Virus record (IMG/VR): IMGVR_UViG_3300028377_000002
Length of the DNA stretch: 64,000 bases
Source of the DNA: an uncultured virus (IMG/VR IMGVR_UViG_3300028377_000002)
Lineage: Duplodnaviria; Heunggongvirae; Uroviricota; Caudoviricetes
Reading direction: 5' to 3' (one strand)
Shown here: piece after piece, positions 1-10,720 of the stretch
Layout of the letters: each line of letters opens with the position of its first letter
Position numbering within the stretch: the first letter of the stretch is position 1
The notes under the pieces: generated by a model
What the model was told of the DNA's origin: nothing
The model's database searches: none
Seen by the model: only the letters and a program-made list of their open reading frames with translations
Translations under genes and position numbers: made by a program

Positions 1-558
1 AGACCAGCATTAGGTGATACTGTTTACATTGATGAATTTGGTGTTAATATCTATGTTTCACCTGATAGTAGCAACGATAACCGTGACTTATACATGGGTC
101 CTTCCATAAACAACACTAATAACTTTCTAAGAACTGATAGTAACGGTGAAAGAGTAGAAATAGAGTGTCAAGAAGAAGTGGAAGAATGTGTTGTTTTAGG
201 TAGAACTTCAACATCAGATACACCAGGTTCTTTTTATATAGATGGGGTTACTGGTGCTAGAACTGCTAGGATAAAATATAGTATAAGTGATATAGTAACA
301 GAAGGTGATTTCGGAATCCTTAAAGTAACTACTTCTGATAGTAGAGTATTCTTAAGTGAGAGGATAACAGAAGCTATAGTTGAGGTTAATATAACACCTT
401 CTGATAACGAATTTGATTTCATCGATGAGGTGTCATTTGCTAGTTCTTATGATGGAATAAGATTCTCAATTTTCTTTGAGGTTCTAGAAATTGATGGTGG
501 TGAATGTATAGATGGGCCAACTAGATTATCTAAATTTTTAATAAACGGGGTGATATAA
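1..558 (+). CDS. Acidic virion-associated protein, C-terminal part (frame open upstream of ATG 94, probably begins before the window)
   Basis: Acidic, beta-rich ORF coupled (TAATG overlap) to next structural gene. Confidence 0.5.
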   Translation, partial: RPALGDTVYIDEFGVNIYVSPDSSNDNRDLYMGPSINNTNNFLRTDSNGERVEIECQEEVEECVVLGRTSTSDTPGSFYIDGVTGARTARIKYSISDIVTEGDFGILKVTTSDSRVFLSERITEAIVEVNITPSDNEFDFIDEVSFASSYDGIRFSIFFEVLEIDGGECIDGPTRLSKFLINGVI

Positions 559-1490
559 TGAGAATAACAGGTACAATAAATACAAGTGAAATATTAATTA
601 ATGAGCGTTTTAAGATAACGTCATCAGATGGAGACACTAGACCAACATCTGGTGACATGGCCAGCGTTCCGTTTATTGATGTAATTGATAGTAATGGTGT
701 TGATGTATCTGAATGTTTTGGTATTGAAACTAGAGTAACTGCCGTAGAAACAAGTAATATCCCACCAAGTGAAGGGTGTAATACTAGTTTAGAAATAGTA
801 GTGAGTGAGGGTGTTAATAAACCAGTTGTTTGTGATTTTACTAATTTTATTAAAGAGCAAGACACTGGTTTGATTACGTTTTATTTTGACGATGGTTCAG
901 CTTCTAAAAATACACACCCAGAGTGCTGTGAATCTTTAGGATTTACACCTGAGATAGGACCAGAAAAATATTTTGTTTGTAGGTGGAGAGGCGAAATCGA
1001 TGTGAATGATTGCGATAATTACACACCAACATCTAATAGAATAGATGACTATGTAGTATTTGATTTTGTGACAGGTAGTACTGTAACCACAGTACCTAGC
1101 GCACAATGTTGTTTTGATAATGGTTTCGTTGATGAAATGACTGACGATGGAATTAAGTGTATTGAAGAGGTTGAATATAACCCATGTGAAGGTTTAGAAG
1201 TTGTAGAACCTGCACAAGATTTTGGTGCGATTACATTCATCAACCCAGTTACTAAAGAAACAACAACTACTGTACCTACTGCGGAGTGTTGTAGTGTTAA
1301 TGGATTCAGTTCTGATGAGAGGTCAGATGGAACAATTATATGTTATAATTCACTACTGACAGTACTACCAACAGTTAGCATTACAAATGATTTATGTTGC
1401 GAGGTAGGACCACCTCCAACAGTATTAATAACAAATGATGCGTGTTGTCAATTAAGTGGAAGTATCTTTGATTCTGGCGACCAAGGTTAA
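558..1490 (+). CDS. Cys-rich acidic repeat protein, putative virion decoration/fibre
   Basis: Repeated xCCxxxGF units (ECCESLGF, QCCFDNGF, ECCSVNGF); structural gene context. Confidence 0.5.
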   Translation: MRITGTINTSEILINERFKITSSDGDTRPTSGDMASVPFIDVIDSNGVDVSECFGIETRVTAVETSNIPPSEGCNTSLEIVVSEGVNKPVVCDFTNFIKEQDTGLITFYFDDGSASKNTHPECCESLGFTPEIGPEKYFVCRWRGEIDVNDCDNYTPTSNRIDDYVVFDFVTGSTVTTVPSAQCCFDNGFVDEMTDDGIKCIEEVEYNPCEGLEVVEPAQDFGAITFINPVTKETTTTVPTAECCSVNGFSSDERSDGTIICYNSLLTVLPTVSITNDLCCEVGPPPTVLITNDACCQLSGSIFDSGDQG

Positions 1491-1541
1491 ATCTGAGCCC
1501 AGTGCAACCGTAATAATAATAATAGTAATAAAATAAATAAT

Positions 1542-2087
1542 ATGTGTAGAATTCCAATAAGATTATCAACAACAACACCAGATGGCACTACAATAACTAG
1601 TGCAAATGGTAGATATAGGGTACAAGGGAATAATACTTGGAATAACTTCTCAATAGATTTGAATGACCCAAAAACAGAGAATATAACAAGTGTTGGTCAA
1701 TATGACTTAGAGGTTAACGTAACTAATTCGGATGGTGCAACAAGTGCTTGGGCAACCTCAACTTTCACTGTAAGTGAAGATTGCGGTGGGGACCCAATTT
1801 GTACAGAATATAGAGTACAATGGCTAACATCAAGACCTGAAGGTGATTTTAGTCAAGAAGTAGAACCAGACCCAGGCTTTGGCGATGGTGTCGATGGCGG
1901 TACCGCTCCTATTGATGGTGGTAACACAAGAAGGTTTGATTTCATTGAGTGTAATTCAAGAAACCCTCTTGGGTCAGTAACATTTACCTTTGTTGGTGAA
2001 GAAAAAATTATATGTGCTAAATTAGACTTGGAGCAAACAGAGGCAAATAACCCAGACTTATTTTTTATAGAGTTAGGTCCATGTTAA
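1542..2087 (+). CDS. Ig/FN3-like putative virion protein
   Basis: Ig-like pattern GQYDLEVNVTNSDGATSAW. Confidence 0.45.
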   Translation: MCRIPIRLSTTTPDGTTITSANGRYRVQGNNTWNNFSIDLNDPKTENITSVGQYDLEVNVTNSDGATSAWATSTFTVSEDCGGDPICTEYRVQWLTSRPEGDFSQEVEPDPGFGDGVDGGTAPIDGGNTRRFDFIECNSRNPLGSVTFTFVGEEKIICAKLDLEQTEANNPDLFFIELGPC

Positions 2088-2118
2088 CAATAAATAAGCT
2101 TTTTGATATTTAATAGTA

Positions 2119-3876
2119 ATGGAAGTAAATAATTGTACAGATATAAATGGTGTTGGTTTAAACGAGGTGACGTTTAATGTGGATGGTACTGTCGTAGGCA
2201 TCTTAGAAGACGGTGAATCCAATTTAAGTTATCAATGTTGTGTTGATAATGGATGGACCTTTGACCCAACCGACACAAAATGTTATTGGTCACCATCATG
2301 TATTGATGGTGGTTCGTACAATGTTATTTTAAATCCAGAAAGTGATACAGGTGCAATATTTCAATTAGATGAAGGTGAAGAGGAAAGGTGTGTATTAGAA
2401 TTAAATTTTGATTGGTTATTAAAGTTTGAATGTTCTAGAATATCTAACAATACTAATGATAACCGAACTTTAACATTATCTGAATTATTAGAAGATATTG
2501 AATTGACTGTTAAAATAGAAAAAGTTATTACTAATAATAGTCTACCGATACCTAATACTACGGAAAATGTAATATCAAAAACTTTATTTGCTACTGATGA
2601 TGTTTCAGAATTCTTTAATGGTAATGAAAGAACTGGTATTTTATTGGAAGGTGCTGGAAGTAGAGAATGCACCAGCGTTAGACAAACATTTATAGATGAA
2701 TTAGGTAGTAATATAGATGAGAATTCAATAAACTCAGAGTGGGCTAAATTCAATCTAGTTATCGATGACTTATCACTAATCAATGATATTAGAGATGAAA
2801 GGGTTAAAATATCTATAGAAGGTAATTCACTTAGAAATTTTTCTCTGTTGATTGATAATGTTAAGTTGGATAAAGTATGTGACTCTATAGCACCACCACC
2901 ACCACGATTTGTTGATGGTGACTGCCCTACTTTCGAAATTACTAGAGTTATTGATAACAAAAAATCTTGGGTTAGAAATAATGAATTAATTAATAGAAAC
3001 TTTGATTTAGATAGACGTAAAACAAATTATAGGATTAATAATGAAAGGCTATCTATCAACACAAAAGAAGTTGACATTGCGATAAATCCATCTCAAGCAG
3101 TTAATGATAATATATTTTCTGTAATTACTGAAAACCCTTGTTTATTAAGCGCATCAACGGAGTGTGAATCTAACTTAAAGAACGTACATCAATGCGTTGA
3201 TATAAGTAATCTAATAACAGTGCCGTTAACTGAAATAACTAATGATAGTGAGTTATTTAATATGTTAATTGATGCTAAGAATAGGAAAACAATCAGCGGA
3301 TATCCAACATTAGAACTTATAAACTATCGTTACAATAACTCAGTGGAGCATTGCGGTGTAAGTACAGAATCATTAGATGGTGATTCACTAGATGAATTTG
3401 TTAAATTGATAGGTGATTATTGGATTGATTTAATTGAGCAAGTAGTTCCAGCTACAACAATATGGGGTTCATCAATATATAGTGATAATGCTCTATTAAG
3501 TAGTGGTAATAATAAGTTTAAATATAGGAAGTACAGTACGTTTACATGTAATACCAGACCTTCATTTAAGGCGCCAAGTCCAGTATCTGGGGTTAGCTAT
3601 AATTATGGAGGTTCAGTAGTTAACGAGCTACCAATCGATGTTAATGTTGAGGATATAACTAACATAAACCCTAACTCAACAGGTGAACCAACGTTTGGTG
3701 CTGTAGAAGATAACAGCTACGATTGTACTGGGTTAACGTTAATACAAACAAATAATGGGTCTGAGTTTATTGGAACTGTTACAACAATAGGTGGTGACGA
3801 AGATACAGTATCAGGTTCAACAATTTCTATAACTGAAACAATAACCGATGAATGTGATAAGTACGAGGATTGTTAA
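2119..3876 (+). CDS. Putative structural (baseplate/tail) protein
   Basis: 585 aa acidic ORF; YWIDLIEQVVPATTIW...NKFKY motif recalled from large-phage structural proteins; late-type AT motif upstream. Confidence 0.5.
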   Translation: MEVNNCTDINGVGLNEVTFNVDGTVVGILEDGESNLSYQCCVDNGWTFDPTDTKCYWSPSCIDGGSYNVILNPESDTGAIFQLDEGEEERCVLELNFDWLLKFECSRISNNTNDNRTLTLSELLEDIELTVKIEKVITNNSLPIPNTTENVISKTLFATDDVSEFFNGNERTGILLEGAGSRECTSVRQTFIDELGSNIDENSINSEWAKFNLVIDDLSLINDIRDERVKISIEGNSLRNFSLLIDNVKLDKVCDSIAPPPPRFVDGDCPTFEITRVIDNKKSWVRNNELINRNFDLDRRKTNYRINNERLSINTKEVDIAINPSQAVNDNIFSVITENPCLLSASTECESNLKNVHQCVDISNLITVPLTEITNDSELFNMLIDAKNRKTISGYPTLELINYRYNNSVEHCGVSTESLDGDSLDEFVKLIGDYWIDLIEQVVPATTIWGSSIYSDNALLSSGNNKFKYRKYSTFTCNTRPSFKAPSPVSGVSYNYGGSVVNELPIDVNVEDITNINPNSTGEPTFGAVEDNSYDCTGLTLIQTNNGSEFIGTVTTIGGDEDTVSGSTISITETITDECDKYEDC

Positions 3877-3897
3877 TATTTAATATAAAAGAATAAG

Positions 3898-4161
3898 ATG
3901 CCAATTTTAATAAAAAAAATAAACGGAGGTGTAATATCATATTTTGGTGGGGGTAATAATGATTTCTCAGCAAAAATACATTTCGTTAGAAGAATAGAGG
4001 GTAAAGCTGGTGTTGAAGATTATATTTTATTACCACCTAACTTTGAAGCGTTTACACAGGATTTCAGTTCGGTTATTGAAACTGAATTTTGTGAAACATC
4101 ACCAAATAATTACGGTTTAAATACGTGTTCAACCTATACTAATGTAAATATATCATTTTAA
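3898..4161 (+). CDS. Hypothetical protein
   Basis: ORF coupled to next gene by TAATG overlap. Confidence 0.55.
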   Translation: MPILIKKINGGVISYFGGGNNDFSAKIHFVRRIEGKAGVEDYILLPPNFEAFTQDFSSVIETEFCETSPNNYGLNTCSTYTNVNISF

Positions 4162-5597
4162 TGAGATTTCAAGAAAAAAATATAATACGAAACCCACATA
4201 ATATCCTTAGAAACAAGGATAATGTGAACGTTAGTATGAGTTCAGATTTTTGCGAATTCGAAAAACCTATATTTGAGATGGTGGGCGGTGATAAGGTAAT
4301 GACTGGGGTAACAACATCAGATGATGAGATTCATGTAATTGATAGTGAAAATACTTTAGATTTGTCATTCTCTTTTATAGATAATGTTGATAGTTTTATT
4401 GATGTTGATACAACCTTTAGATATAGGATTTATAAGTACAATAATAACTCAACTACATTTAGTTCACCACCAGTATTTGATTCTGGCCCTATTGAATGGG
4501 ATGATTTTAGTGGTACTAGTGCATTTACAGACTCAATACTTGTATCTGAGTTAAACATAGATGGAGAGTATCTAATAAAGGGTAGTTATAATTATGGGAC
4601 ATGTACAGATATACTAACAGCTTTAGGTGATAGAAATGACACTTTTAAATTAGTTGGCGATGAATTCGGGTTATATGAAGAAGACTTTGATTATTACTTT
4701 GCAGCTATAAATGCTGCAACTAGACCTATTTTCACATTAACGCCTAATCCAGACATAGCATTAGGCGCTCTTAGGGTTGAATCATTTGTAAGTGATGAAG
4801 GTGCTACCAACGAAGTAACCACAACTTCTAACTGGTCAGGTAGGCCAATCGTATCTGTAAATGGTATTACCTTATTCGAGGGCGAAGACGCCGATTTTGT
4901 AACAGTAGGTACAAATAAAATAGTATTTAATGGTATAGACTCAATAAAAATTGATGATATAATAACAATTGCTTACGTGAGTTCGGGTAATGCAAATGGT
5001 CTAGTTTCAGAATCTAAATTAATAAATAACCCTATTGTATCTGGCGTAACAGGTGAAGAAGGGTCAGAGGTAATATATTTTAACACTGACACTAACAAAT
5101 ACGAAATATTTACACTAACAGAGCCAGTTGAATTTAACGACTTAATTATTACATTAAACGGTATTACTCTGGCTAATGGAGGTGACTACAATCAATCAAG
5201 TAGTGACCCGACTAAGGTTATCTTAAACGGTGAATTAGAGCAATCGGATATTATTACAATAACATATAATTCTTTTGGAACATTTGTTGGAACCGTTAAC
5301 GTAGATAATTTTGATGTGTTATGGACCGTATCACCACAACCAATAAATACCAATGGCAGATTCATTTTATATGCAGCTGATGATGAATCCTTTTCAGCTA
5401 ACACCATAATATACTCAGCAACCACTGATTATGTTGTTAACAATGCAACCTATGGGGTGAATGTTGATTTAAGCTCTTATAGTGGAACTGATGTATTTTA
5501 TAAGGTAGTTAATGAGAAAAATTATGAGTTGTTAAATGGCGATACAATTTCACTATTAACTGATAGTGAAGTGGTACCGATAACCTTACAACTATAA
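4161..5597 (+). CDS. Putative tail/virion protein with internal beta repeats
   Basis: Two xNGITL...D.ITIxY repeats; highly acidic. Confidence 0.55.
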   Translation: MRFQEKNIIRNPHNILRNKDNVNVSMSSDFCEFEKPIFEMVGGDKVMTGVTTSDDEIHVIDSENTLDLSFSFIDNVDSFIDVDTTFRYRIYKYNNNSTTFSSPPVFDSGPIEWDDFSGTSAFTDSILVSELNIDGEYLIKGSYNYGTCTDILTALGDRNDTFKLVGDEFGLYEEDFDYYFAAINAATRPIFTLTPNPDIALGALRVESFVSDEGATNEVTTTSNWSGRPIVSVNGITLFEGEDADFVTVGTNKIVFNGIDSIKIDDIITIAYVSSGNANGLVSESKLINNPIVSGVTGEEGSEVIYFNTDTNKYEIFTLTEPVEFNDLIITLNGITLANGGDYNQSSSDPTKVILNGELEQSDIITITYNSFGTFVGTVNVDNFDVLWTVSPQPINTNGRFILYAADDESFSANTIIYSATTDYVVNNATYGVNVDLSSYSGTDVFYKVVNEKNYELLNGDTISLLTDSEVVPITLQL

Positions 5598-5660
5598 AAA
5601 AATAAGATAATTTCTTTACTTATTCATATTTATAAGTAAATACAATATAATAAAAACGTT

Positions 5661-7685
5661 ATGAGTTATATAATTAGAAATGCACAGCCTTTCACTAGCG
5701 TAAAGCTAACTGAAGTTGGTAGAGAGAAAATAGCTAAAGGAGAATTAAATTTCAGTTCTTGGTCAATTGGTGACTCTGAAATTAATTACAATAGAGAAGG
5801 TTTTGTGCAAGACGACGTTTTGACGGGTAGTACGACAATATTAAGACCTAAAGACAAACAACCTGATTTAAAATATTTTATTAGTAAAAATAATAACACT
5901 AATAAAAATCCATTTGTTGATGGTGATATTAGCTGTGTTAAATTAAGAGTAAACAATGAGGCTGAACAAAGAGGACCTTTTACAGGCTCATTATCAAGTG
6001 GATGGGAAACGTTAACTGAGACTTCAGAAGAAATGTCTGGTTACACTAGAAGTTCAGGGACCATTTCATCGAGTGCAATATCTGGCGGTAATACGTTGGA
6101 GATAACAGGTAATAATGCGGAAGTGGGTGATATTTTATTACTTAAAATTGGTTATTCAGATTTCACTAATGAAACACCACAGCCACATCTATTTTATAAA
6201 ATACAAGTAACAGGTTCAACAATTACAGTGGATAGGGAGTTACCTACATTAAGTTCTGGAAACACATCCTACATTATATATAAAGGTGGTGATATTTACA
6301 ACAACGAACCAGATTCTATAGGTTACTGGGACACTGGAACGTTATCATTTGATAGTTCTTGTGATATAACAGTAAATGATGTTCCGTTGTGGAATATGAA
6401 TATCCCCTTTTCTGAAAACGTACTAGGTATAACTGGGACCACTCAATTCGAGAAATTAGAAAATTTTGGTTCTTACAATTATATAGGCCAAGTTAAAAAC
6501 TATCTTTATAATTCAGAAGCTTTAGATGTAAAATCTTCAGCAATAATTCATTACTCTAACAAAACAATATCAAATTTATACGGTGAGTATCTATTTATTG
6601 ATAACGACACTAAAAACGTTAAAATACACTTACCTAATATAATGTACCACAGAAGAAACTTCAATGGCGTATCTGGTACTGGTGATAAAATGGGTATGAC
6701 ATTTATAGCAAGCGGTCCAAGTATAAACTCTGGAGCTAATGGTTTAACATATGTTGAGTTAATCGAAGACCCTTCTTTAGTAGAGGGTACACCTAAGGTA
6801 GTTGGTAGGGTTTATACGCAATTAAAAATTATTGTTGTGACTGACCCTGAGGTTAATGCAGCAATGTCGTATAAATCTAACAGGAACTGGACTTTACCTA
6901 AATTGAATTTAACACTAACAAACCCATCAGGTGGGGTTGGCACTGGTGTATTACCAGCTGGCCAAACAATGTACGTAACTTACAGAATTGATAATGAAAG
7001 TGGTAGTGGTTTAAGACCAACATTACCAGCTCAAAATTATAGTAGAATTACCAATAATAACAACTCTTCTTTTGACATACAATTCAACATGGAAGATGTG
7101 GGGCTATTACCTTATATGAGAGATGATGACTCTACGGTAGGTTTTTACGGTGATACTTTTAAAGTATTATATCAAGTAACAAATGGCTCTAGACCCGTAA
7201 CAGATGCGTGGCAAGAAGTAGATTTTAGTTCATCTGTTGATGAAAACTCTGATGGTTTTGTGGATGTTGACGTTTTAGAAAGACAAAACCCATTAGCATT
7301 AACACCTAGCTTTCAACTAACACAATCAAATACCAGTTCTTCTACAACATACTCGATAATAGACAAATTAAATATGGTACCATCAACTTCACCAGAAACA
7401 TTACAATTTGGTGATGAAAGATTTTTCTATGGTAACGTTGAGGCTTTTATTGGTGCAACGATATTTAAAACAATTTTTAAAATTTCTATTAATGCAAGTG
7501 ATTTTAATAGAACGTCTAATGCCACTAGAAGTAATGACTTAGCAACTAACCCACCTAACATAATGGTTAGTGAAGTTGGTGTTTATGATAGTAACGGTGA
7601 TTTAGTAATAATAGGTAAACTTAGTAAACCAGCTGAATTAAGCTCTGGTAAAACGGTTATACTAGAATTAAGTATTGATTTTTAA
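5661..7685 (+). CDS. Putative tail/baseplate structural protein
   Basis: N-terminal KLTEVGREKIA..GDSEINY and C-terminal SEVGVYDSNGDLVIIGKLSKP, tail-fibre/collar-like termini; TATTTATA upstream. Confidence 0.6.
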   Translation: MSYIIRNAQPFTSVKLTEVGREKIAKGELNFSSWSIGDSEINYNREGFVQDDVLTGSTTILRPKDKQPDLKYFISKNNNTNKNPFVDGDISCVKLRVNNEAEQRGPFTGSLSSGWETLTETSEEMSGYTRSSGTISSSAISGGNTLEITGNNAEVGDILLLKIGYSDFTNETPQPHLFYKIQVTGSTITVDRELPTLSSGNTSYIIYKGGDIYNNEPDSIGYWDTGTLSFDSSCDITVNDVPLWNMNIPFSENVLGITGTTQFEKLENFGSYNYIGQVKNYLYNSEALDVKSSAIIHYSNKTISNLYGEYLFIDNDTKNVKIHLPNIMYHRRNFNGVSGTGDKMGMTFIASGPSINSGANGLTYVELIEDPSLVEGTPKVVGRVYTQLKIIVVTDPEVNAAMSYKSNRNWTLPKLNLTLTNPSGGVGTGVLPAGQTMYVTYRIDNESGSGLRPTLPAQNYSRITNNNNSSFDIQFNMEDVGLLPYMRDDDSTVGFYGDTFKVLYQVTNGSRPVTDAWQEVDFSSSVDENSDGFVDVDVLERQNPLALTPSFQLTQSNTSSSTTYSIIDKLNMVPSTSPETLQFGDERFFYGNVEAFIGATIFKTIFKISINASDFNRTSNATRSNDLATNPPNIMVSEVGVYDSNGDLVIIGKLSKPAELSSGKTVILELSIDF

Positions 7686-7688
7686 GAT

Positions 7689-8909
7689 ATGGGATTTTTA
7701 GCAAGCGCAGATACAGTAACAGTAACAGCCAAATTAACACCATTTGGTAGAAGACAACTATTGACAAATAGTAGTAGTGTTATAACACATTTTGGTTTAG
7801 GTGATTCAGATGCCAATTATTTTAGTGACTTACAATTAGATAATGGTGAAGTACCAGCTTTAGCAGGTGAAGTGGGTGTTGACAACATATTTAGTAATGG
7901 TGTATATGAGGGTGTTAGTATAAAATCACCTATTATTGTAAACTCGTCAGGTGATATAAGAAAATTAGTTGAGAGCGGTTCAGCAACAGTAAATATAAAA
8001 CCTACTAAATTAGGTCAAACAACAATACTAGGTTCAGACACTAGTGGCAATACAATATCCCAATTTATTACTGATAGAAGAGATGTAACAACTGATTCTT
8101 ATGTCAATTTGTTTAAATCATTTGGTTTACCATTAACACAAGATGAAAGGAACTTATATAGCTCATTTAATAATCCAGTCGGGTACTTAGACACAGCAAT
8201 AAGAAATATAAATCAAAATAAGGTACTTGTAATAGCGATAGATAAATGTGCCTACGGTGAGATACTAGATGGTAGAGAAATTAAAATTGAGTTAGAAACG
8301 ACAGGTGGGACTGAATACACCATATATTCAACTTTCCAAAGAACATTAACACCAGCAACCAGCTTAGATTCTCAAATAAAAGAAAGTGCATTCTTAGGTA
8401 GTGTTGTAGGTAGTAATGTAGCCTTTTTATTTTCTGATGAAGTAGAAAGACCTAATGAGAATCCAAGTAAAAGTTGGGCTACAGGCTTTGGTCAATCAAA
8501 ACCATTCAGTATAAATGGTAAAGAAAGGTTTAATGCATTATCAGTATCTTCAGTTAACCAAGTAGCAGATAATGCGGTTGGTGTAGCTTATTTAGATAAA
8601 GGTTTTATTGTAATTACAAATCCAGATATCGTTAATAATTATGATACTGAGGACGCATCAGCTGACAATGCAGCAGTTACTTATAATCATTTATCGAATG
8701 AAATATCACAAAACATAACATGTGTTGTTGAAAGAGACGAATTCGCTAATACAAATAACTCGACATTTAACAACGATGACTTAATAAAAGTTAGTGAAGT
8801 TGCTTTATATGACACCTTTAATAATGTTATAGCATATGCCAAAAGCAATGAACATTTAATACTAGGGGCCAATCAATATCTTGCATTAGGTGTTAGAATC
8901 TTAGTATAA
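7689..8909 (+). CDS. Putative tail/baseplate structural protein, paralog of preceding gene
   Basis: KLTPFGRRQL..GDSDANY and SEVALYD..VIAYAK mirror the termini of 5661-7685. Confidence 0.6.
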   Translation: MGFLASADTVTVTAKLTPFGRRQLLTNSSSVITHFGLGDSDANYFSDLQLDNGEVPALAGEVGVDNIFSNGVYEGVSIKSPIIVNSSGDIRKLVESGSATVNIKPTKLGQTTILGSDTSGNTISQFITDRRDVTTDSYVNLFKSFGLPLTQDERNLYSSFNNPVGYLDTAIRNINQNKVLVIAIDKCAYGEILDGREIKIELETTGGTEYTIYSTFQRTLTPATSLDSQIKESAFLGSVVGSNVAFLFSDEVERPNENPSKSWATGFGQSKPFSINGKERFNALSVSSVNQVADNAVGVAYLDKGFIVITNPDIVNNYDTEDASADNAAVTYNHLSNEISQNITCVVERDEFANTNNSTFNNDDLIKVSEVALYDTFNNVIAYAKSNEHLILGANQYLALGVRILV

Positions 8910-8959
8910 TATATTTACTTTAAAGTTATATTTAATACATTAGATATAGAAATATAATT

Positions 8960-9634
8960 ATGGAAATAGATAAAAATGACGATTTAATTCTTGGTTTAGA
9001 CGTCAGTACCAAAACAATAGGTATTGCCCTATATAAAGACGCAGGTAAAAAGGGTGAACTGGTATTACTTACACATGTAACACCTAAAATTAAACCTATA
9101 CCTGAAACAAAAACAGAGGAATTATTCGAAAAATGTAATATCTTTGAAGAAGAGTTTTTAAATAAATACAAAGATTTAGGTATTGTAAAAGTTATTATTG
9201 AAGAACCTTTATTAAGGTCTAATAACGTAAACACAGTAGGTAAACTACTTAGGTTTAATGGTATGATATCTAGGTCAGTATATCAAAAGTTAGGTATAGT
9301 CCCAGACTTTATATCATCTTTTGATGCTAGAGCATTTGCTTTCCCTGAACTTATGGCGATTAGAACTCACAATAAGAAAGGTGTGAGATACCCAGAAAAA
9401 CAAATAGAGAAAAAAATTAAAGACAATAAGAAAACACTTTTCGGTGGGTACGACTGGTATGTTGATAAAAAGACAATTATATGGGAGAAGGTAGCTGACT
9501 TACACCCACAAGTCAAGTGGATTTATAATAGAAATCACGCATTATCCAAAGAAAATTACGATATGACCGATGCATCTGCTTGTGTGTTAGGTTATATGAA
9601 CAAAATAGAAAGATGGGTACCAGAGGATAGGTAA
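8960..9634 (+). CDS. RuvC-like Holliday junction resolvase
   Basis: ILGLDVSTKTIGIA, VIIEEP and DMTDA acidic motifs of RNase H fold. Confidence 0.75.
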   Translation: MEIDKNDDLILGLDVSTKTIGIALYKDAGKKGELVLLTHVTPKIKPIPETKTEELFEKCNIFEEEFLNKYKDLGIVKVIIEEPLLRSNNVNTVGKLLRFNGMISRSVYQKLGIVPDFISSFDARAFAFPELMAIRTHNKKGVRYPEKQIEKKIKDNKKTLFGGYDWYVDKKTIIWEKVADLHPQVKWIYNRNHALSKENYDMTDASACVLGYMNKIERWVPEDR

Positions 9635-9665
9635 GTTTTTTTATATTTAGTAATTCTATTTTTAT

Positions 9666-9691
9666 AAACGGCCATTAATGGCCGTTTTTTT
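9666..9691 (+). terminator. Intrinsic terminator
   Basis: AAACGGCCAT-TA-ATGGCCGTTT followed by T run. Confidence 0.7.
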
Positions 9692-9754
9692 ATTTATTAA
9701 TGTCCGTTTTAATTATTATTTGTTTATGAATACTTTTTTAAGTATCTTTGTGGC

Positions 9755-10720
9755 ATGTCAATTATAGTAAACATATTAGAAAATTTCTTAGGAACACCTA
9801 GAACCCACTATGAACACAAATCACAAGTGGGTTTTGATTGTCCTGTATGTTCCCAAGAAAAGGGGTTAGGTAACACTGGTGATGGAAAAGGTAATTTAGC
9901 TATCAATTATGAAAAGGGTGTTTATAAATGCTGGTCTTGTTGGGAACGAAACAATATGTACGGTAGCTTATCTTACCTTGTAAGAAAATACGGTAATAAG
10001 CAACACTACAAAGACTTTATGTTAGTTGCACCTGACATAATAAAGAATAGTAAAAGTAAGTCGGAAGAGGATAGTAAAATAATTGTTAATTTACCGAAAA
10101 GCTTTAAGAAATTTAGTGAAGCATCACCATACCATACAAATTATTCTGAAGCGTATAGTTATGTTAAGAAGAGAGGTATTAGAGATGAAACATTAGAAAA
10201 GTATGATATAGGTTACACATGTGAAGGTAAACACAAAAACAGGGTTGTGATACCATCATATGATGCTATGGGTAAATTAAATTTTTACGTTGCTAGGTCA
10301 TTCGATAAGTGGAGTAAGGTTAAGTACTTAAATCCAGAAGTAGAAAAGCAAAGGATTATATTCAACGAACATCACATTAACTGGGACTCTACAATATATC
10401 TAGTTGAGGGTGGATTTGACCACATAGTAACACCTAACTCTATACCACTTCTAGGTAAGTTTATTTCAGATAAGTTATATCACAGCTTACAATCTAAGGC
10501 CAAAGGTGATGTAGTGATTGTGTTAGATGGTGGTGAAGAAGAGAAAAAAGATGCGCTATTTTTATACAATAGACTGAATACAATAAATTTATACGGTAGA
10601 ATTAAAGTTGTGTTTTTAAAGAACGGAATGGATTTATCCTTAATAAATGAAAAATTCGGAAGGATGGGTATTATTAAGTCATTAAAAACTGCTCACAAAA
10701 TTAGAGAAAGTAGGCTATGA
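9755..10720 (+). CDS. DNA primase (zinc finger + TOPRIM)
   Basis: CPVC...CWSC zinc finger, RVVIP, KYLNP, YLVEGGFD, VLDG. Confidence 0.85.
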   Translation: MSIIVNILENFLGTPRTHYEHKSQVGFDCPVCSQEKGLGNTGDGKGNLAINYEKGVYKCWSCWERNNMYGSLSYLVRKYGNKQHYKDFMLVAPDIIKNSKSKSEEDSKIIVNLPKSFKKFSEASPYHTNYSEAYSYVKKRGIRDETLEKYDIGYTCEGKHKNRVVIPSYDAMGKLNFYVARSFDKWSKVKYLNPEVEKQRIIFNEHHINWDSTIYLVEGGFDHIVTPNSIPLLGKFISDKLYHSLQSKAKGDVVIVLDGGEEEKKDALFLYNRLNTINLYGRIKVVFLKNGMDLSLINEKFGRMGIIKSLKTAHKIRESRL

